Shown piece by piece: positions 1-10,056 of a stretch of DNA of 32,000 nucleotides. Positions within the stretch are counted from its first letter, which is position 1, and each line of letters begins with the position of its first letter. The notes under the pieces were generated by a model, which saw nothing but the letters and a program-made list of their open reading frames with translations, had not been told where the DNA came from and did not search any database. Both the position numbers and the translations under genes were made by a program. Source of the stretch: Prochlorococcus marinus subsp. pastoris str. CCMP1986 (GTDB taxonomy: Bacteria > Cyanobacteriota > Cyanobacteriia > PCC-6307 > Cyanobiaceae); the NCBI RefSeq assembly GCF_000011465.1, contig NC_005072.1:240001-272000 (forward strand). The letters run 5' to 3'.

Positions 1-465
1 AAAAATAAAGAAGTTAAAAATTTATTGTTATTAAGAAAAAATCATATCGAAGAAATGCAAAATATTATTTTAAAAGGTGGTAATTGGGTAATAAATATAA
101 AATCTGTCAGAAATGTTCTAACAGGAGAAAATTTTGTGTATGCTTTTCCTGAAATAACAGAAAATAAAATAATAGTTAGAAAAGGTGAAAAAATAACAAA
201 AATTGACTTCAAACAAGAAGATTTTAATAAAAAAGATTTTGGCGATAAGGTAAATTTTCTACTATCTTCTAGTTTGGCCGAAATTAAGAGAAGAGGTTCA
301 CTTGTAAATGAAATTAAATTGCGAGGCGATTCTATAAAAGAATTAAGAGACTTCTTAAATAAAAATGATAAAACTAATTTTGAATTAGAAGCAGTCTCTT
401 TGTTTAACAGTAAGACTGCTCAACCAGTGATTGTTGAACTAAATGTAAATTATCCAGAATCTTAG
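1..465 (+). CDS. C-terminal part of a conserved hypothetical protein, possibly DUF3084-like. The gene starts upstream of the window.
   Basis: Frame 1 is open from base 1, so the TTG at 25 is probably internal. The TAG stop at 463-465 directly abuts the next ATG. Family assignment is from memory only. Confidence 0.55.
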   Translation, partial: KNKEVKNLLLLRKNHIEEMQNIILKGGNWVINIKSVRNVLTGENFVYAFPEITENKIIVRKGEKITKIDFKQEDFNKKDFGDKVNFLLSSSLAEIKRRGSLVNEIKLRGDSIKELRDFLNKNDKTNFELEAVSLFNSKTAQPVIVELNVNYPES

Positions 466-903
466 ATGTCTAGAGTTATAACTATTGATCCGGGGATATC
501 GAAATGTGGAGTGATAATAGCTGATATCAAAGAAAAAAAAGTTTACGAAGCAGTAGTTATTAAAAGTCATCTACTTTTGCAATATGTTAAAAAAAAATAT
601 CAGAGCGGAAAAAACGTTCAGTTGTTAATTGGCAATGGAACAAGTAGTAAAAATTACATAAAATATTTAAATCAATTTGAGCCTGATTTGATTATTGCTG
701 AAGAAAAAAATTCAACTTATAGGGCTAAACAAAGATATTTTGAAATTTTTCCATTAACAGGCATAAAATGTTTTTTACCAAGAGAGATATTTATTTTGAA
801 TAAAAATTTAGATGCATTAGCTGCGTTAATTATTATGGAAGATTATTTCAAAATTAAATTTGATGTAAGTGTAAAACTTAAGACTAAAACTTGGCTGAAA
901 TAA
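466..903 (+). CDS. RNase H-fold YqgF/RuvX-like putative resolvase or pre-16S rRNA nuclease-like protein
   Basis: The N-terminus VITIDPGISKCGVIIAD resembles the first beta-strand/Asp motif of RuvC/YqgF-fold nucleases. The ATG follows the upstream stop immediately (TAGATG). Confidence 0.6.
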   Translation: MSRVITIDPGISKCGVIIADIKEKKVYEAVVIKSHLLLQYVKKKYQSGKNVQLLIGNGTSSKNYIKYLNQFEPDLIIAEEKNSTYRAKQRYFEIFPLTGIKCFLPREIFILNKNLDALAALIIMEDYFKIKFDVSVKLKTKTWLK

Positions 904-1141
904 TGAATTTATATTCATTTCCTGCTTCAAGTTCATAATCTTTCTTTAAAAAGAATCTCAATAATGAATCTTGAATTAATGCTCTTCCTAAAGGGGGGGT
1001 TACAAACAAAACTCCTTTTCCAAATGACCATGTGAAGGTCCACTTGAAATCGCTTGCTTCCACAACTCCTTTTACTTCTTTTTTGGTGAAACAATACTCT
1101 TTAACACTTACATGTGCAGTTGTCTCAGGCTTTGCTTTCAT
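884..1141 (-). CDS. Small conserved hypothetical protein of 85 aa, possibly DUF3146-like
   Basis: Intact ORF whose ATG directly follows the pth stop (TAAATG on the minus strand), suggesting co-transcription with pth. No recognisable catalytic motif. Confidence 0.5.
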   Translation of the reverse strand: MKAKPETTAHVSVKEYCFTKKEVKGVVEASDFKWTFTWSFGKGVLFVTPPLGRALIQDSLLRFFLKKDYELEAGNEYKFIISAKF

Positions 1142-1753
1142 TTATAAATTTTCTTCTCTATGGAAGGAATTTAATTCACTAATAATATAATCTTCATTTT
1201 TATCATTTAGTTCTATGAGTGATTCGATTAATTTTTTATAAACTCTATCCAAAGTTAAACTTTCTTTTGAAGATATATTTCCTAAGACATGGGAAATAGT
1301 ATTGAGGGTTTTCTTTCTTTCATTAACGGGTGGGGACCCTATACCTATTTTTATTCTATTAAAATTTTCAGTCTGCAATTTATTAATGATATCTTTAATT
1401 CCGTTATGTCCTCCAGAACTTCCTTTTTTCCTAAATCTAATTTTACCCAGGGGTAGATCAATATCATCAACTATTATAAAAAGACGATCCAAATCTATTT
1501 TGTACCAGTCCACTATCGCCCTTACAGCATTTCCACTGTTATTCATAAAAGTGTTCGGCATAAATAATCTATAAGTAAAATTATTTATTTTGAATTCTGA
1601 ATACCAACTTTTAAGCTTATTTTTCAAAGTAAATTTAGAATCGTATTTTTCAGAAAAATTTTCAAGTAGTAAAAAACCAATATTATGTCGATTTTGAATA
1701 TATTCTTTACCAGGATTGCCCAAACCAATTATAAATTTCTCATTATTGTTCAT
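1142..1753 (-). CDS. pth: Peptidyl-tRNA hydrolase
   Basis: Contains GLGNPG...Y..NRHNIGF near the N-terminus and GHNGIKDI, both typical Pth motifs. Length is 203 aa. Confidence 0.95.
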   Translation of the reverse strand: MNNNEKFIIGLGNPGKEYIQNRHNIGFLLLENFSEKYDSKFTLKNKLKSWYSEFKINNFTYRLFMPNTFMNNSGNAVRAIVDWYKIDLDRLFIIVDDIDLPLGKIRFRKKGSSGGHNGIKDIINKLQTENFNRIKIGIGSPPVNERKKTLNTISHVLGNISSKESLTLDRVYKKLIESLIELNDKNEDYIISELNSFHREENL

Positions 1754-1940
1754 AATTATAATTTCATATGTAAATTTTTATAAATTATAAAATAGAAACA
1801 TAACAAGGGTTTTTAATTGTGAATGAGAACACAAAATAAAGATTTTTATTTTCTTATTTATGAAATTATTAATTTTTACCTATTTAAAAAATTTTATATA
1901 ATATTAATTTAATTACTCTACAAAAATAATTTAAAGAAGT

Positions 1941-2141
1941 TTAATTTCCATTCCAATCGACTGAGAATCCCTGAAGGAGTAAAGATTGATTATAAATTTG
2001 TAGGAGGATAACAAGAAAAACTAATAAAAGTAAACCTATTACGGTCATAATAGGAACAGCCCCCCATCCAGGAACAACTTTTCCTTGACCTGAATTTCCA
2101 ATAGCTTTTAAAAGAGTTCCTAATGCAGTTTTTTGGCCCAT
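1941..2141 (-). CDS. psbH: Photosystem II reaction centre phosphoprotein H
   Basis: A 66-aa protein, [12 protein letters not shown]...VPGWGAVP...single TM...[11 protein letters not shown], recognised as PsbH. Confidence 0.95.
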   Translation of the reverse strand: MGQKTALGTLLKAIGNSGQGKVVPGWGAVPIMTVIGLLLLVFLVILLQIYNQSLLLQGFSVDWNGN

Positions 2142-2220
2142 AGTAATTTCTCTAAATCAAATTTATTTAGTTATTGTATAAGAGTTAATACATAAATTGT
2201 TTACAAATTTACTAAAATTG

Positions 2221-2373
2221 ATGCAAACTTTATCATCCGCACCAGATCCTGCTGTTTCTGTAGCAGTTACAATACTGGCTGTACTATTAGCTTTAACGGG
2301 TTTTGGACTATGGACAGCTTTCGGTCCAAAAGCGGCGAAACTAACTGATCCCTGGGACGATCATGATGATTAG
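2221..2373 (+). CDS. psbN: Photosystem II protein PsbN (assembly factor), 50 aa
   Basis: Hand translation gives MQTLSSAPDPAVSVAVTILAVLLALTGFGLWTAFGPKAAKLTDPWDDHDD*. It is divergent from psbH, as in cyanobacteria and plastids. Not in the ORF track because it is too short. Confidence 0.9.
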   Translation: MQTLSSAPDPAVSVAVTILAVLLALTGFGLWTAFGPKAAKLTDPWDDHDD

Positions 2374-2501
2374 GGTTTTTAAAACAAGTTTATAAATGTA
2401 AAAAGTATTTCAAAATTTACCAAAAATACAAAAAGTAAACCTTTTCACATAATTTAAATATAAATTTAATAGGATATAAATCTGTTAGTATTTGCAATTC
2501 C

Positions 2502-2630
2502 ATGCTCGCCTTAAAAATTTCAGTTTACACAATCGTTTTTTTCTTCGTAGGAATCTTTCTATTTGGTTTTTTAGCTAGTGATCCTACAAGAACACCTAAT
2601 AGAAAAGACTTAGAAAGTCCTCAAGATTAA
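2502..2630 (+). CDS. psbI: Photosystem II reaction centre protein I, 42 aa
   Basis: Hand translation gives [42 protein letters not shown]. Not in the ORF track. Confidence 0.9.
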
Positions 2631-2644
2631 TTTTCTCTTTTAAT

Positions 2645-4681
2645 TTGTTCAACATTATCAAGATTAGAAAACTCATAAAAGCTATATTTTTTGTTTCCGC
2701 ATTAATAAACTTATCTCCTTCGAGTAAAGCAACACAATTTTTTGCTATTGATTCAAAAAATTTCTCTCAATCAAAAAGCGTCAATTGGGTTAATAATGTT
2801 TTTCCAAAAAACATAGATGTTTCCAGTAAAAGACCATTTCCAAGATCTGAATATAACTATAGAAGTAATGCTAAAAACGAGATATTACATCCTTATAAGG
2901 ATGGGTCTCCAAAACTTTTAGCTAACTCTTTTGATAACAAAAACGAGTTAGAGATCCAATCTGAAATACAATCTGAAGAAAATAATATTTTAAAGGCAAA
3001 GGGCAATGTCCTTGTTCTTTATCGAGGTAATATTCTTAAAGCAGATAGTCTAATTTATGATAAAACGCAAAAGACTGTAAGTGCTAAAGGAAATATTTCT
3101 TTGAGTATTGGTGAGCAACTATTCAAGATGAATAGATTTCAATATGATTTCAATAGTAAGAAAGGGTATTTGTTAGATGTCAAAGGATTAATAAAAACAG
3201 ATAATCTTATTGATGATTTGTTTTCTAATGTTGAAACTTCAGATATTAAAAATAGTGAAATTTCAAAAGAGATATTTAAGGAAAAAGTTTTAAATACCCC
3301 TGGAGCTTTAAAAAATTGGATACTTATAACGGATAAAATAGAAATTGATGGGGAAAAATGGAAGAGTGAAAAAGCTATTTTTACTAATGATTTAATTGAA
3401 TTAAAGCAAGTTAAGATAGAGATCAATTCGCTTGAAGCTATCTCTAGAAAAGACCAACTAAGATTCAAGTCTTCTTTAAATTATTTAATTTTGGATGAGA
3501 AGATTTCAGTTCCCTTCTGGTTTGGTGAAAGAACTTTGACGAAATCAGGAGAAAGTTTTTCTTTTGAAAATAGATGGAATATAGGTTATGACAATGTGGA
3601 TAAAGATGGCTATTTCATTGGTAGAAAATTAAATTCAATAAATTTATTTGGTGATTTTTTTCTTGATTTAGAACCACAATTCTTAATACAAAGATCACTT
3701 CAGGGGCATACCAAAAGTTTTATAAGTAAGGGAGATTCAATAACTGCTGATAAGGTTAAAAGAGATGCATATTGGGAAGACTATTTTGGTTTTAATTCTC
3801 GAATTAAAGGAAAAATTAGTAATTGGAATTTGGAAATAGATAAGCAAATAAATTCTTTTGATCCTGATGAATCTTCAAATTCTTTACGAGTTAAGTCTAA
3901 TTTAAGTAAAGAAATTTCTTTTTTAAACTCAATATGGGATAAAAGTTTTTTTGGAGTTTTTAGAGATAGGGTTTGGAACGGATCGTTAGGTGAATCTCAA
4001 GTGTATATAGGCTATGGTTCCAAACTAGAAAAACAAAATACTTGGGAAGTTAATGGTATTACTAAATCTGAAACTTTATCTTTAGGGTTGGGTAATTTTA
4101 AAGGCGAAACTTTAAATAGTAAGAACCTGGTTACTAGTATCAAAGGTAGTTTGTTGTATTCATCAGATCAAAAAATACCACTAAATGGTAATAAGGTTTT
4201 AAACAAATTTATTGATAGTTCGTTTAAATATATTTCTGAGCCAATAAACAAAGGGCTAAGTCTTAATACTAGTTTAAAATTATTTTATGCTTTTTATAAA
4301 AATGGCAACAATCAACAATACTTGGGTTTTGGTGCTGGACCTGAATTTATTTTAGGGGATTTACAAAAAAAATATTTTGACTATACGAGAATAAGTTTAT
4401 TACCTTTTTATAAGATAAAAAGTGGAGATAGTTTATTTAAATTTGATCAAATTGCTGATGAATTTACCTTAGATATTGCCTTTGACCAACAATTATTTGG
4501 ACCACTTATTCTTAAAAGTAATGCTAGCCTAAATTTGGATAGTGATTCAAAAGATTATGGTGATTTTATAAATTCTAAAATCTCATTAAATTGGAAAAAA
4601 AGATCTTATGAATTTGGAATTTTTTATCAACCTCATAATGAAGCAGGAGGTATTTCTTTTACATTATTTGGCTTCGAATAG
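2645..4681 (+). CDS. LptD/OstA-like outer-membrane protein with an N-terminal OstA fold and a cyanobacterial beta-barrel region
   Basis: Has a signal-peptide-like N-terminus (KAIFFVSALINLSPSSKA). An OstA-like segment reads ILKAKGNVLVLYRGNILKADSLIYDKTQKTVSAKGNISL. The C-terminal half is long and rich in alternating beta-strand-type sequence. The TTG start is uncertain. Confidence 0.7.
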   Translation: MFNIIKIRKLIKAIFFVSALINLSPSSKATQFFAIDSKNFSQSKSVNWVNNVFPKNIDVSSKRPFPRSEYNYRSNAKNEILHPYKDGSPKLLANSFDNKNELEIQSEIQSEENNILKAKGNVLVLYRGNILKADSLIYDKTQKTVSAKGNISLSIGEQLFKMNRFQYDFNSKKGYLLDVKGLIKTDNLIDDLFSNVETSDIKNSEISKEIFKEKVLNTPGALKNWILITDKIEIDGEKWKSEKAIFTNDLIELKQVKIEINSLEAISRKDQLRFKSSLNYLILDEKISVPFWFGERTLTKSGESFSFENRWNIGYDNVDKDGYFIGRKLNSINLFGDFFLDLEPQFLIQRSLQGHTKSFISKGDSITADKVKRDAYWEDYFGFNSRIKGKISNWNLEIDKQINSFDPDESSNSLRVKSNLSKEISFLNSIWDKSFFGVFRDRVWNGSLGESQVYIGYGSKLEKQNTWEVNGITKSETLSLGLGNFKGETLNSKNLVTSIKGSLLYSSDQKIPLNGNKVLNKFIDSSFKYISEPINKGLSLNTSLKLFYAFYKNGNNQQYLGFGAGPEFILGDLQKKYFDYTRISLLPFYKIKSGDSLFKFDQIADEFTLDIAFDQQLFGPLILKSNASLNLDSDSKDYGDFINSKISLNWKKRSYEFGIFYQPHNEAGGISFTLFGFE

Positions 4682-4684
4682 CTA

Positions 4685-5305
4685 TTAGAAACTAGAATTA
4701 AAATTTATATAAGGTAAAGCATTTAATTTGTTTTCAATTAAATCCTTATTTTCAAGTAGTTTTGAAGTAGCATCCCATTCTCCAGATAAAAACATTTTTT
4801 TTGAAGTTTCTTTTATTTCAAGATTAAATTTCAATTTTTCTCCTTTTGCAGTTGATTTTAAAAGATCAATCTCTAAGAATAAATTTTTAATATCCAGATA
4901 TTTTTGGATTTCTTTTATCGATTCCTTTGGAAGATTAAAGCATGGAATTCCAATTGCAATACAGTTACTATAAAAAATATCTGCAAAACTTTCTCCAATT
5001 ATGGCTTTTATTCCCCATCTCATCAATGCTTGAGGGGCATGCTCTCTGCTTGAACCGCATCCAAAATTACTATTAACAATAAGTATTGAAGCTCCTTTAT
5101 TAGTCTCTAAATCAAAGGGGTGCTTCCCTTTAAGAGTTTTGCGATCATCATCAAAAACAGATTTACCTAAGGAATCAAAATCAATACATTTAAGAAATCG
5201 AGCAGGAATTATTCTGTCGGTATCAATATCATCTCCAACTAATGAGATACATTTACCATTTATTTGAGAAAATTTTCCTATTGGCGGTATAAATTTTGAA
5301 CTCAT
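4685..5305 (-). CDS. leuD: 3-isopropylmalate dehydratase small subunit
   Basis: Contains the [13 protein letters not shown] motif. A 4-nt ATGA overlap links it to the leuC stop. Confidence 0.95.
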   Translation of the reverse strand: MSSKFIPPIGKFSQINGKCISLVGDDIDTDRIIPARFLKCIDFDSLGKSVFDDDRKTLKGKHPFDLETNKGASILIVNSNFGCGSSREHAPQALMRWGIKAIIGESFADIFYSNCIAIGIPCFNLPKESIKEIQKYLDIKNLFLEIDLLKSTAKGEKLKFNLEIKETSKKMFLSGEWDATSKLLENKDLIENKLNALPYINFNSSF

Positions 5306-6711
5306 TTGTTAATAAAATCTCTTACGTCACTAACTTTTCCTGTAATTGATGCAGCGGCAACCATTGCTGGACTCATGAGAAGCGTTCTTCCATTTGGAGA
5401 ACCCTGTCTACCTTTGAAATTTCTATTGCTAGAGCTGGCACTTACTTGATTCCCAATGAGTTTGTCTGAATTCATTGCTAAACACATTGAGCAACCAGGT
5501 TCTCTCCACTGAAAACCTGCTTTTATAAATATTTTATCAAGACCTTCCTCTTTCGCTTCTTTCGCAACCTTCTCTGAGCCTGGAACTACAAAAGCTTTTA
5601 TATTTTTTGCTACTTTATTATGCTCCAAAACTTGAGCGGCAACTCTTAGGTCACTTATCCTTCCATTTGTACAACTCCCAATAAAACAAACATCAATTGG
5701 AGTATTTTTAATTGATTGTCCCGGTTTGAAACTCATATATTCATATGCCTCCTCAGCAATAAATTGGTCGTTTGGATGTATTTGATTTAATGAAGGGATT
5801 TTTTGATTTACGCCGATACTTTGCCCAGGCGTAATACCCCATGTAATGGTAGGTTCTACTTTAGAAGCATCTAACTTGAATACATCATCATAAACACAAT
5901 TATCACTACTTTCTAATGATTTCCACCATTTAACGGCTTTTTCCCAATTTTCATTTTGAGGCGAGCATAATTTATCCTTCATATAACTAAAGGTTTTTTC
6001 ATCAGGATTTATATAACCGCATCTTGCTCCTCCTTCAATGGACATATTGCATATAGTCATCCTTTCTTCCATTGATAATTCACTTATGGCAGGACCTGCA
6101 AATTCATAGGCATAACCTACTCCTGCTTTTACTCCGAGTTGATTAATTATATGTAGCACTAAATCTTTAGCATAAATTCCATTTGATAATTTATTTTCAC
6201 ACCAAATTTGTCTGACTTTGAGCTTATTCATAGCTATGGTTTGACTAGCAAGTACATCTCTTACTTGGCTAGTACCAATACCAAAAGCAATTGACCCAAA
6301 GGCTCCGTGAGTTGATGTATGAGAATCTCCACAAGCAATAGTCATGCCTGGTTGGGTCAAACCAAGTTCAGGAGCTACTACATGAACTATTCCTTGATTA
6401 CCACTCCCAATATTAAAAAATTTAATTTTGTGCTCGATACAGTTCTTTTCTAAAGTATCGATCATTTGTTCTGCCAGATTATCTTTGAAAGGCCTGCTTT
6501 GATTATCTGTTGGCACAATATGATCAACTGTAGCTACAGTTCTTTGAGGGAATTTTACTTTTAAATTTTTATCTTTTAGAGCTCCGAATGCTTGCGGGCT
6601 AGTAACTTCATGAATAAGGTGAAGACCGATTAAGATTTGATCGGAGCCACCAGGAAGATTTGCAACTTTGTGTAAATCCCACACTTTATCAAATAAGGTA
6701 TCTTGACTCAA
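5302..6711 (-). CDS. leuC: 3-isopropylmalate dehydratase large subunit
   Basis: Aconitase-family motifs are present: [20 protein letters not shown] and [10 protein letters not shown]. Confidence 0.97.
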   Translation of the reverse strand: MSQDTLFDKVWDLHKVANLPGGSDQILIGLHLIHEVTSPQAFGALKDKNLKVKFPQRTVATVDHIVPTDNQSRPFKDNLAEQMIDTLEKNCIEHKIKFFNIGSGNQGIVHVVAPELGLTQPGMTIACGDSHTSTHGAFGSIAFGIGTSQVRDVLASQTIAMNKLKVRQIWCENKLSNGIYAKDLVLHIINQLGVKAGVGYAYEFAGPAISELSMEERMTICNMSIEGGARCGYINPDEKTFSYMKDKLCSPQNENWEKAVKWWKSLESSDNCVYDDVFKLDASKVEPTITWGITPGQSIGVNQKIPSLNQIHPNDQFIAEEAYEYMSFKPGQSIKNTPIDVCFIGSCTNGRISDLRVAAQVLEHNKVAKNIKAFVVPGSEKVAKEAKEEGLDKIFIKAGFQWREPGCSMCLAMNSDKLIGNQVSASSSNRNFKGRQGSPNGRTLLMSPAMVAAASITGKVSDVRDFINK

Positions 6712-6724
6712 TTTGCAAAAAAAA

Positions 6725-8026
6725 TTACTTACTACTAGATAATAAGATTAATCTAAAGCTGTTTAAACACACATTTACACTTAGTCTTTGAATTTCAATT
6801 CTATTTCTTGTTGAGCTAAATATTTTTTTAATATTAGTCAAGTGACCATTTGGTCCTGCAATTGAGATATAAACTAATCCAACAGGCTTCTCTTTATTAC
6901 CTCCACTTGGACCGGCAATGCCACTAATTGCGATAGACCAATCTGAATTTAGTTTTTCTTTTGCATTAATTGCCATAGTTTCAGCAACCTCTTCAGAAAC
7001 AGCACCAAATTTTTTTATCAGATTTTCTGGAACACTTAATAAAGATTGTTTAAGGTTATTACTGTATGAAATAATACTGCCTTTAAATACTTGTGATGAG
7101 CCTGGTATTGATGTGATTGAAGAGGAGAGAAGACCTCCGGTACAGGATTCTGCAAAAACGAGAGATTCTTTTCTTTTTAATAATTCCTTTATTAGTACGC
7201 TTGATAAATTATCATCGTCTTCACCAAAAATAAATTTGGAAAACTCTTTTTTCAATTTTTCTTTAACGGGGTTAATTATTTTTCTTGCTTCTAATTCATT
7301 TTTAGCTCTTGCCGTTAGTCTGAGCTTAACTTCTCCTAAGTTAGCGTATGGGGCGACAGTGGGGTTTTTTAGTTTTAGAAGATTATTAATCTTTTCTGAA
7401 ATAGTAGACTCTCCAATACCAGAAAATTTAAGAGTATTTGAGAAAAATATATACCCATCTGAAAAATTACTTTTAATATAATTAACTGCAGTTTCTTTCC
7501 ACATTTCTTTCATTTCACTTGGCACTCCTGGAAAAGTCAGGATGGTAAATCCCTCAATTGGTTTCCATATCATGCCAGGAGCAGTGCCTCTAGGATTATT
7601 AATTATTTGAGCATCTTTTGGGAAAAAACATTGTTTTTTTAAACTAGATCTGTCGAAATTTGAACCTGAAATTGAAAGCTTTTTTTTTATTTGATCCCAT
7701 AAATATCCTCTTTCAGAAAGAGTTGCATTAAAAGATTTAGCAATTGCCTCCGTAGTTAAGTCATCTGGAGTAGGGCCAAGACCACCTGTAGTAATTAATA
7801 AATTACTTCTTGAAGATATTTCTTTAATTAGCTTAGAAATCCTTTCAGAATTATCTCCAATAGTTGACTGTCTAAAATGGTTAAGTCCTAAAGTTGATAA
7901 CTCCTCAGAAATCCATTGAGCGTTAGTATTTACTATATTTCCTAAAAGTAACTCAGTTCCTATAGAAAGAATTTCAACCCCTTTACAGTTAGGATCATTT
8001 GATTGATGCTTCAAGTTCGACTTCAT
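6725..8026 (-). CDS. cinA: CinA-family protein with an MoCF-type domain plus a nicotinamide-nucleotide amidohydrolase PncC-like domain
   Basis: N-terminus is [22 protein letters not shown] with GGLGPTPDD. The C-terminal CinA domain reads [10 protein letters not shown]...GIAGPSGG. The start overlaps the glyA 3' end and is uncertain. Confidence 0.88.
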   Translation of the reverse strand: MKSNLKHQSNDPNCKGVEILSIGTELLLGNIVNTNAQWISEELSTLGLNHFRQSTIGDNSERISKLIKEISSRSNLLITTGGLGPTPDDLTTEAIAKSFNATLSERGYLWDQIKKKLSISGSNFDRSSLKKQCFFPKDAQIINNPRGTAPGMIWKPIEGFTILTFPGVPSEMKEMWKETAVNYIKSNFSDGYIFFSNTLKFSGIGESTISEKINNLLKLKNPTVAPYANLGEVKLRLTARAKNELEARKIINPVKEKLKKEFSKFIFGEDDDNLSSVLIKELLKRKESLVFAESCTGGLLSSSITSIPGSSQVFKGSIISYSNNLKQSLLSVPENLIKKFGAVSEEVAETMAINAKEKLNSDWSIAISGIAGPSGGNKEKPVGLVYISIAGPNGHLTNIKKIFSSTRNRIEIQRLSVNVCLNSFRLILLSSSK

Positions 8027-9266
8027 AAAGAGGAAAACGATTACATAAAGTTAATACCCTTTCCTTGCATTTTTTTTCTGTTAATAAATCATCTGGATTG
8101 AGTAATCTATCAGCAATAATTTCACCAACTTCAACAAAAGCATCATCATTAAAACCTCTAGTAGTTAAAGCTGCAGTTCCCAATCTCAACCCACTGGTTA
8201 CAAAAGGTGATTCAGGATCAAACGGGACAGTATTTTTATTTGCTGTTATGTTAACTTCACTTACAAGTAAGTCAGCAACTTTACCAGTCATATTAATACT
8301 TCTTAAGTCAAGCAAAACAATATGATTATCAGTTCCTCCACTAACAATATCTATTCCTCTTTTAATTAAAGTTGAAGACAGAACTTTTGCATTATTAATA
8401 ACCTGTTTTGAGTAATTAACAAAGTTGGGCTTTAAGGCTTCTCCAAAGGCGACAGCTTTAGCTGCGATAATATGTTCTAAAGGACCACCCTGAGTTCCAG
8501 GGAAAACAGATTTATCAAATTTCTTTCCAAATTCCTTATCTTTACATAAGATCAATCCTCCTCTTGGACCTCTCAAGGTCTTATGTGTTGTCGTAGTTAC
8601 AACATCACAATACGGTATTGGATTAGGGTGGAGTTTGGTTGCTACTAGTCCTGCTATATGAGCAATATCAGCCATTAAAAAAGCTCCAACTTCATCAGCG
8701 ATTCTTCTGAACGACTCGAAATCAATTTTTCTCGGATAAGCAGAATATCCACAAATAATTAGTTTTGGTTTTGTAGCTAATGCAATATCTCTAATTTCAT
8801 TAAAATTTAATTTATTAGTTTCTTTATCAACTCCATAGTGAACGGCATTGAACCACTTTCCGCTCATGTTGACTGGGGATCCGTGGGTTAAATGTCCTCC
8901 ATGCGATAGATCCATTCCAAGTATTGTGTCACCAGGTTTAAGTAAACTTAGAAAAACAGCTGCATTTGCTTGTGCTCCACTATGGGGTTGAACATTCGCC
9001 CAGTCTGCATCAAAAAGTTGTTTTGCTCTTTCGATTGCAAGTTCCTCTATCTCATCTACAAATTCACAACCACCGTAATATCTTTTTTGTGGAAGACCTT
9101 CAGCGTATTTATTTGTTAAAACCGAACCCTGAGCCTGCATTACAGCCATTGATGCAAAATTCTCACTAGCTATCAATTCAAGATGTGTTTCTTGCCTATT
9201 TTTTTCGGAATTAATTAAATTAGATATGATTGGATCACTTTCTTTAAGATTTTGAAGAATATTCAT
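7995..9266 (-). CDS. glyA: Serine hydroxymethyltransferase
   Basis: Contains ELIASENF, the PLP-lysine region [14 protein letters not shown], and GTQGGP. Confidence 0.97.
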   Translation of the reverse strand: MNILQNLKESDPIISNLINSEKNRQETHLELIASENFASMAVMQAQGSVLTNKYAEGLPQKRYYGGCEFVDEIEELAIERAKQLFDADWANVQPHSGAQANAAVFLSLLKPGDTILGMDLSHGGHLTHGSPVNMSGKWFNAVHYGVDKETNKLNFNEIRDIALATKPKLIICGYSAYPRKIDFESFRRIADEVGAFLMADIAHIAGLVATKLHPNPIPYCDVVTTTTHKTLRGPRGGLILCKDKEFGKKFDKSVFPGTQGGPLEHIIAAKAVAFGEALKPNFVNYSKQVINNAKVLSSTLIKRGIDIVSGGTDNHIVLLDLRSINMTGKVADLLVSEVNITANKNTVPFDPESPFVTSGLRLGTAALTTRGFNDDAFVEVGEIIADRLLNPDDLLTEKKCKERVLTLCNRFPLYEVELEASIK

Positions 9267-9344
9267 TAAAATAAAGGGAACATTTATTTAAATATAGACG
9301 ATATTTTGAGAGAAAATGTAAAAAAAATATATCATAAATTTTAA

Positions 9345-9418
9345 CGCGCCTGGAGAGATTCGAACTCCCGACACCCTGATCCGTAGTCAGGTGCTCTAAT
9401 CCACTGAGCTACAGGCGC
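9345..9418 (-). tRNA. tRNA-Arg (anticodon ACG), 74 nt, no encoded CCA
   Basis: Reverse complement is GCGCCTGTAGCTCAGTGGATTAGAGCACCTGACTACGGATCAGGGTGTCGGGAGTTCGAATCTCTCCAGGCGCG. It folds as a cloverleaf with a 7-bp acceptor stem, anticodon stem CCTGA/TCAGG, loop CTACGGA and a GTTCGAATC T-loop. Confidence 0.9.
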
Positions 9419-9506
9419 ATATTTATGTAATATCTCTGGTCCTGGGTCTCTTAGTCAACTAGATTTCAGTTAAACTATCTAATATTAACAATCTAAATTT
9501 ATAATT

Positions 9507-9758
9507 ATGCCGATTAAATGGTATGGCAATGGTGATTCAGAAGACCCCATTTACAAACATTTTTCCAGAATAGTAAATTTTGTAATTCATTGTATGGTAT
9601 TCACTGCAGTCGTAAGTGGAACTTGGCTTTTTAAAGAGATTAAACATGACTTAGTTTTTTTTAATAATTTTGCAATTGCATGGGCAGTCATTCTCTCATC
9701 GCATTTACTTTTTGTATTTATAAAAAAACCTAAGGATTATAAAAAACAATCAACTTAA
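9507..9758 (+). CDS. Small membrane protein of 83 aa with two predicted TM helices; hypothetical
   Basis: Two hydrophobic stretches are present: VNFVIHCMVFTAVVSGTWLF and FAIAWAVILSSHLLFVFI. It has an ATG start. No family was recognised. Confidence 0.5.
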   Translation: MPIKWYGNGDSEDPIYKHFSRIVNFVIHCMVFTAVVSGTWLFKEIKHDLVFFNNFAIAWAVILSSHLLFVFIKKPKDYKKQST

Positions 9759-9767
9759 GTTTTTATT

Positions 9768-10049
9768 ATGAATTCTCAGATGCAAATCAGTGATCTAGAA
9801 AATATTATTTCAGAAAAAATTTTTATAAAAATAGAAAAATGGAATCTGTACCTTGGAGATGCTGGTTTAGCTAGAAATCTTGCTTTGGAATGTATTAGCA
9901 ATTTAGATAAAGGTAGTCAGCAGGCTGCAAAATTAGGCTTAGAAGCTATTAAGGTAAAAATTGGAGATGGAAATCAAACAATTCTTTTGTCTAAGTTGAT
10001 AACTGCATCACAAATTTGTGATTTAGAAGAAATACTTGGTAATTTATGA
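9768..10049 (+). CDS. Conserved hypothetical soluble protein of 93 aa, possibly DUF3181-like
   Basis: Intact ATG ORF 9 nt after the previous ORF, so likely co-transcribed. Family assignment is from memory only. Confidence 0.5.
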   Translation: MNSQMQISDLENIISEKIFIKIEKWNLYLGDAGLARNLALECISNLDKGSQQAAKLGLEAIKVKIGDGNQTILLSKLITASQICDLEEILGNL

Positions 10050-10056
10050 TTCTTAA

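Noticed and set aside
2954-2977. Imperfect 12-nt tandem duplication (atccaatctgaa/atacaatctgaa) encoding IQSE-IQSE in the LptD-like gene
   Set aside because: There are only two copies, inside a low-complexity linker of a coding region. It has no structural or regulatory implication.
6918-7481. 187-aa plus-strand ORF antisense to cinA
   Set aside because: It lies entirely inside a well-supported minus-strand gene. Its translation is low-complexity and rich in Ser, Leu and Phe, with no motif. It is a typical shadow ORF.
9267-9344. Possible ZTP (pfl) or THF riboswitch upstream of glyA, and likewise upstream of purH at 17589..17621
   Set aside because: The spacers are only 78 and 33 nt, extremely AT-rich, and show no conserved stems or pseudoknot-forming G/C segments.
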